DNA of 64,000 bases from Takakia lepidozioides (Eukaryota > Plantae > Bryophyta), in the NCBI GenBank assembly GCA_030704615.1, contig CM060731.1:17112001-17176000 (forward strand), read 5' to 3'. Below are positions 61,601 to 64,000 of this stretch, piece by piece. Below the pieces are notes generated by a model. It saw only the letters and a program-made list of their open reading frames with translations. It did no database searches and was not told where the DNA came from. Within the stretch, counting starts at the first letter, position 1. Every line of letters begins with the position of its first letter. Position numbers and translations under genes: made by a program.

Positions 61601-64000
61601 GGAGTTGCAACAACAGGCAGACATTCCTGTACCCAAGTTCACAATTACTGTAACTAACAGTTCGCCGTTCTATCGACCTCCAATATTGCTAGCGCCCGGA
61701 TCACCAAGTGGGGGCGGGGGAAGGATAATTTGTCGCAATTTCCAGGTTGGAAGATGCAGCTTTGGGGCAAGATGCAGATTTTCGCACAATGATGTGACCA
61801 GTCGTGTACTTCAGTTCCGTTCATCTAAGCAGATGGAAGCATGGCTACACTTTCAGCTCAAAAAACCTGCTTCAGAGAATATAGTTTACTTGAGCAATGG
61901 TAAGGGTCTAGCCGAGCTCTCAGATCTGGTGGAGCAGCAGAAGCTGTCGGAGACAGTTATTGAGATGCTCATCTCCTTACTTGGAAAACAAGAGATACGC
62001 TCAAGCATGATGCTTGAAAACACCAACAAAATATATGGAATTTTGCCAAGGTCGTCATTTCTGACAAATCTGTCAGCCCATATCCAAGCACTTCCGAACC
62101 CAAGTTCCAGAGCTCTGCAGGTACATGTGCCCCGGTTCACCTAATTAATTAACGTGTTGATATAGCGAGAAATATTGGGGTCGTGTAGCAGCCCTGGGTT
62201 CTTGCAGGCTGCACAGAGAATTGTACTAGTTATACAGCCAATCGTGCTCGATTCCGACGCCCTTTAGTCCAAGTAAGTGGCTCGGAAAAATACTAGGCCT
62301 GCACATCGAGTGCACATCTTGTGGTCTCCAGCAGTCACATCATGTGCATGTCCTTTGGACCCTACCATCTGATGGCAATGATCGCTACAGCCAGAGCTGC
62401 ACATCAGAATGTGAATACTAAAATCCGTTGACTTCAGGAAGTACGTGAACAGCCCATCTGAAGTGAGCACGAGCAGTGAATCGGTTTGGTGATGAAACAT
62501 TTTATGTTTGATCTTACAAATCGTATTGATGGAGATCGCGTGTGCAGGCTTACATCTCAGTCCTCGAAGAGATACAAACTCGCACCTCAGATGGATGGAA
62601 GGTGATTCCTCTGGATGCTGTGAAGAGCCATTTGGAGTCGCTCCCTGGCAGCTCAGTCAAGGACGCACTGGCAAATGATGTAGCTCGCTTACTTGCGCAC
62701 CGTCACAAACAACGGTGGCTTCTGGCAACTGAGAAACCACACGACACCTTGAAGGTACTGTAACATGTAACTTCAAGGACCTACCGGTTTTCCCTATTGA
62801 TCAATTGTCGGTTAAACAGAGCTTCTTTCTCTCTTATAAAGCACCAAATTTCATTTCATTTCTAAGTCTACCAGTTGGCACATATGCCAAGTTACATACA
62901 TGAACATTCTATGTATATCATCTATAGACTTACTGTATTGCAACCTCTATACATCTTCGCACATCTGCTTTTGTATGATCTGAATAGCTCTCCTCTTGAA
63001 AGCATTGGTGCGCGGTGTTTCTTAGGCCCTGGAAGACGTCCTTGGATTCTAGTAGTCTTTCAAGTTGACCACCTGGTTGGTCTACATCATCTTTGGCTCT
63101 ACAGTCCGTTCCACCTACATGTCACATGTCTAGATCACATGTTTACGTAGATGCCTATATGTTCAGAAAATGCAGATCAATCGTTCTGGACAGGTTTCCT
63201 CACTTAGCAGCACTCACAACAACCTGAGGATCATGTACCTACAAGGAGGAGCTGTTTCAATGAGCAATCTTGAAAAGAATATTTCTGTACACAGTAAGTA
63301 CTAAGGCTCTTGAGACTAAATCTGTTGGCATACGTGTATGTCTCTCGCAGGGAAAGGAGTTCCAAAATATGTCTATAGTGCCGAGTCAGGATGAGCTTCT
63401 ATCTCGTGAGCATGTTGCACTGCCACTCAACCTTGTTGGTGTGCGCTACACATCGATAATGGAGTATCTCGAGACCCAATTTCTGCTTCTGCGGGAAGAT
63501 TTTATTGAGCCACTCAGAGCCGGGATTAGGTCCTACCAAATGCCAGCCGTCCAGGCCAGCCATGACAGGGTCCAAGAGTTGCGTGTCTATCGTCATGTCC
63601 AGCTCGTAGGACTTCGATGTGGTTCTTCTGGCATGGAATTCCGTTTGTCCTTCAGGGTCAAACCTTCAAGGGGAGCCTCCCGCTTGGAGGCTGATAAAAG
63701 TCTGATGATGGGATCTTTACTATGTATATCTCAGGATGATTTCCAGTCAGTCCAAGGCTGTGCAATAGTGGCACATCGAGATGCTACGGCTGTAGCAAAT
63801 CCTGGTATGATTGATGTCCAATTCATCGGACCAGCAGATCAGTGGTTACTGGACATAGGCAAGGTCTATGTTATGGTGGAGTCCTCCTCCGCATATTTCG
63901 AGGCATATTCACATGCATTGAAGTGTTTGCAGCAGGAGGAAATGGAGAATATCCCATTCTCAAGGTACCTCGTCAACCTTGAGCCCATGGTGAATCCACC
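55198..64000. repeat. Large inverted duplication: arms about 55198-59045 and 60400-64000 (continuing beyond the window), spacer about 1.35 kb
   Basis: Reverse-complement matches cover exons and upstream DNA, e.g. CATGCAAAATATCAGCCTC (about 58971) vs GAGGCTGATATTTTGCATG (about 60484), and CCCACCCACCGA (58721) vs TCGGTGGGTGGG (about 60693). Confidence 0.9.
60725..64000 (+). CDS. ZNFX1-like paralogue (copy 2), divergently oriented; runs off the window end
   Basis: Exons 60725-60988, 61338-62120 (PB1 + CCCH), 62548-62754 and 63351->64000. They are open, in phase and have the same intron positions as copy 1, with closely similar peptides. Confidence 0.88.

Noticed and set aside
55198-64000. Inverted repeat as a hairpin-siRNA precursor or assembly fold-back artefact
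   Set aside because: The genes point away from each other, so no single mRNA spans both arms. The arms differ by many substitutions and indels concentrated in introns, which an artefact would not show.

Overview
Eukaryotic, intron-rich land-plant DNA; gene content and repeat style suggest a bryophyte, but that is inference. Bases 1-8.5 kb are a nest of mobile elements: a disrupted P-element-like transposase abutting a CRE-type non-LTR remnant, plus tRNA-derived SINE-like copies and two TIR elements nested inside each other. Bases 8.7-47 kb are a compact housekeeping block: ACINUS (+), an 8-9-exon NTPCR/THEP1-type NTPase (-) that the ORF track shows only in pieces and whose Walker A sits largely in a 16-nt microexon, an intronless ISWI remodeller (+), VDAC (-), PEX14 (-), GAUT8-like (+), QTRT2-like (-) and a trihelix transcription factor (+). 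Bases 49-64 kb hold the most striking feature: a head-to-head duplicated pair of ZNFX1-like genes. The complete copy encodes PB1 + CCCH finger + UPF1-like SF1 helicase + NF-X1 fingers + RING-like + TPR-like + RZ finger, with the RZ finger one base out of frame. Exon coordinates were read by hand from GT/AG sites and reading-phase agreement; no searches were run.
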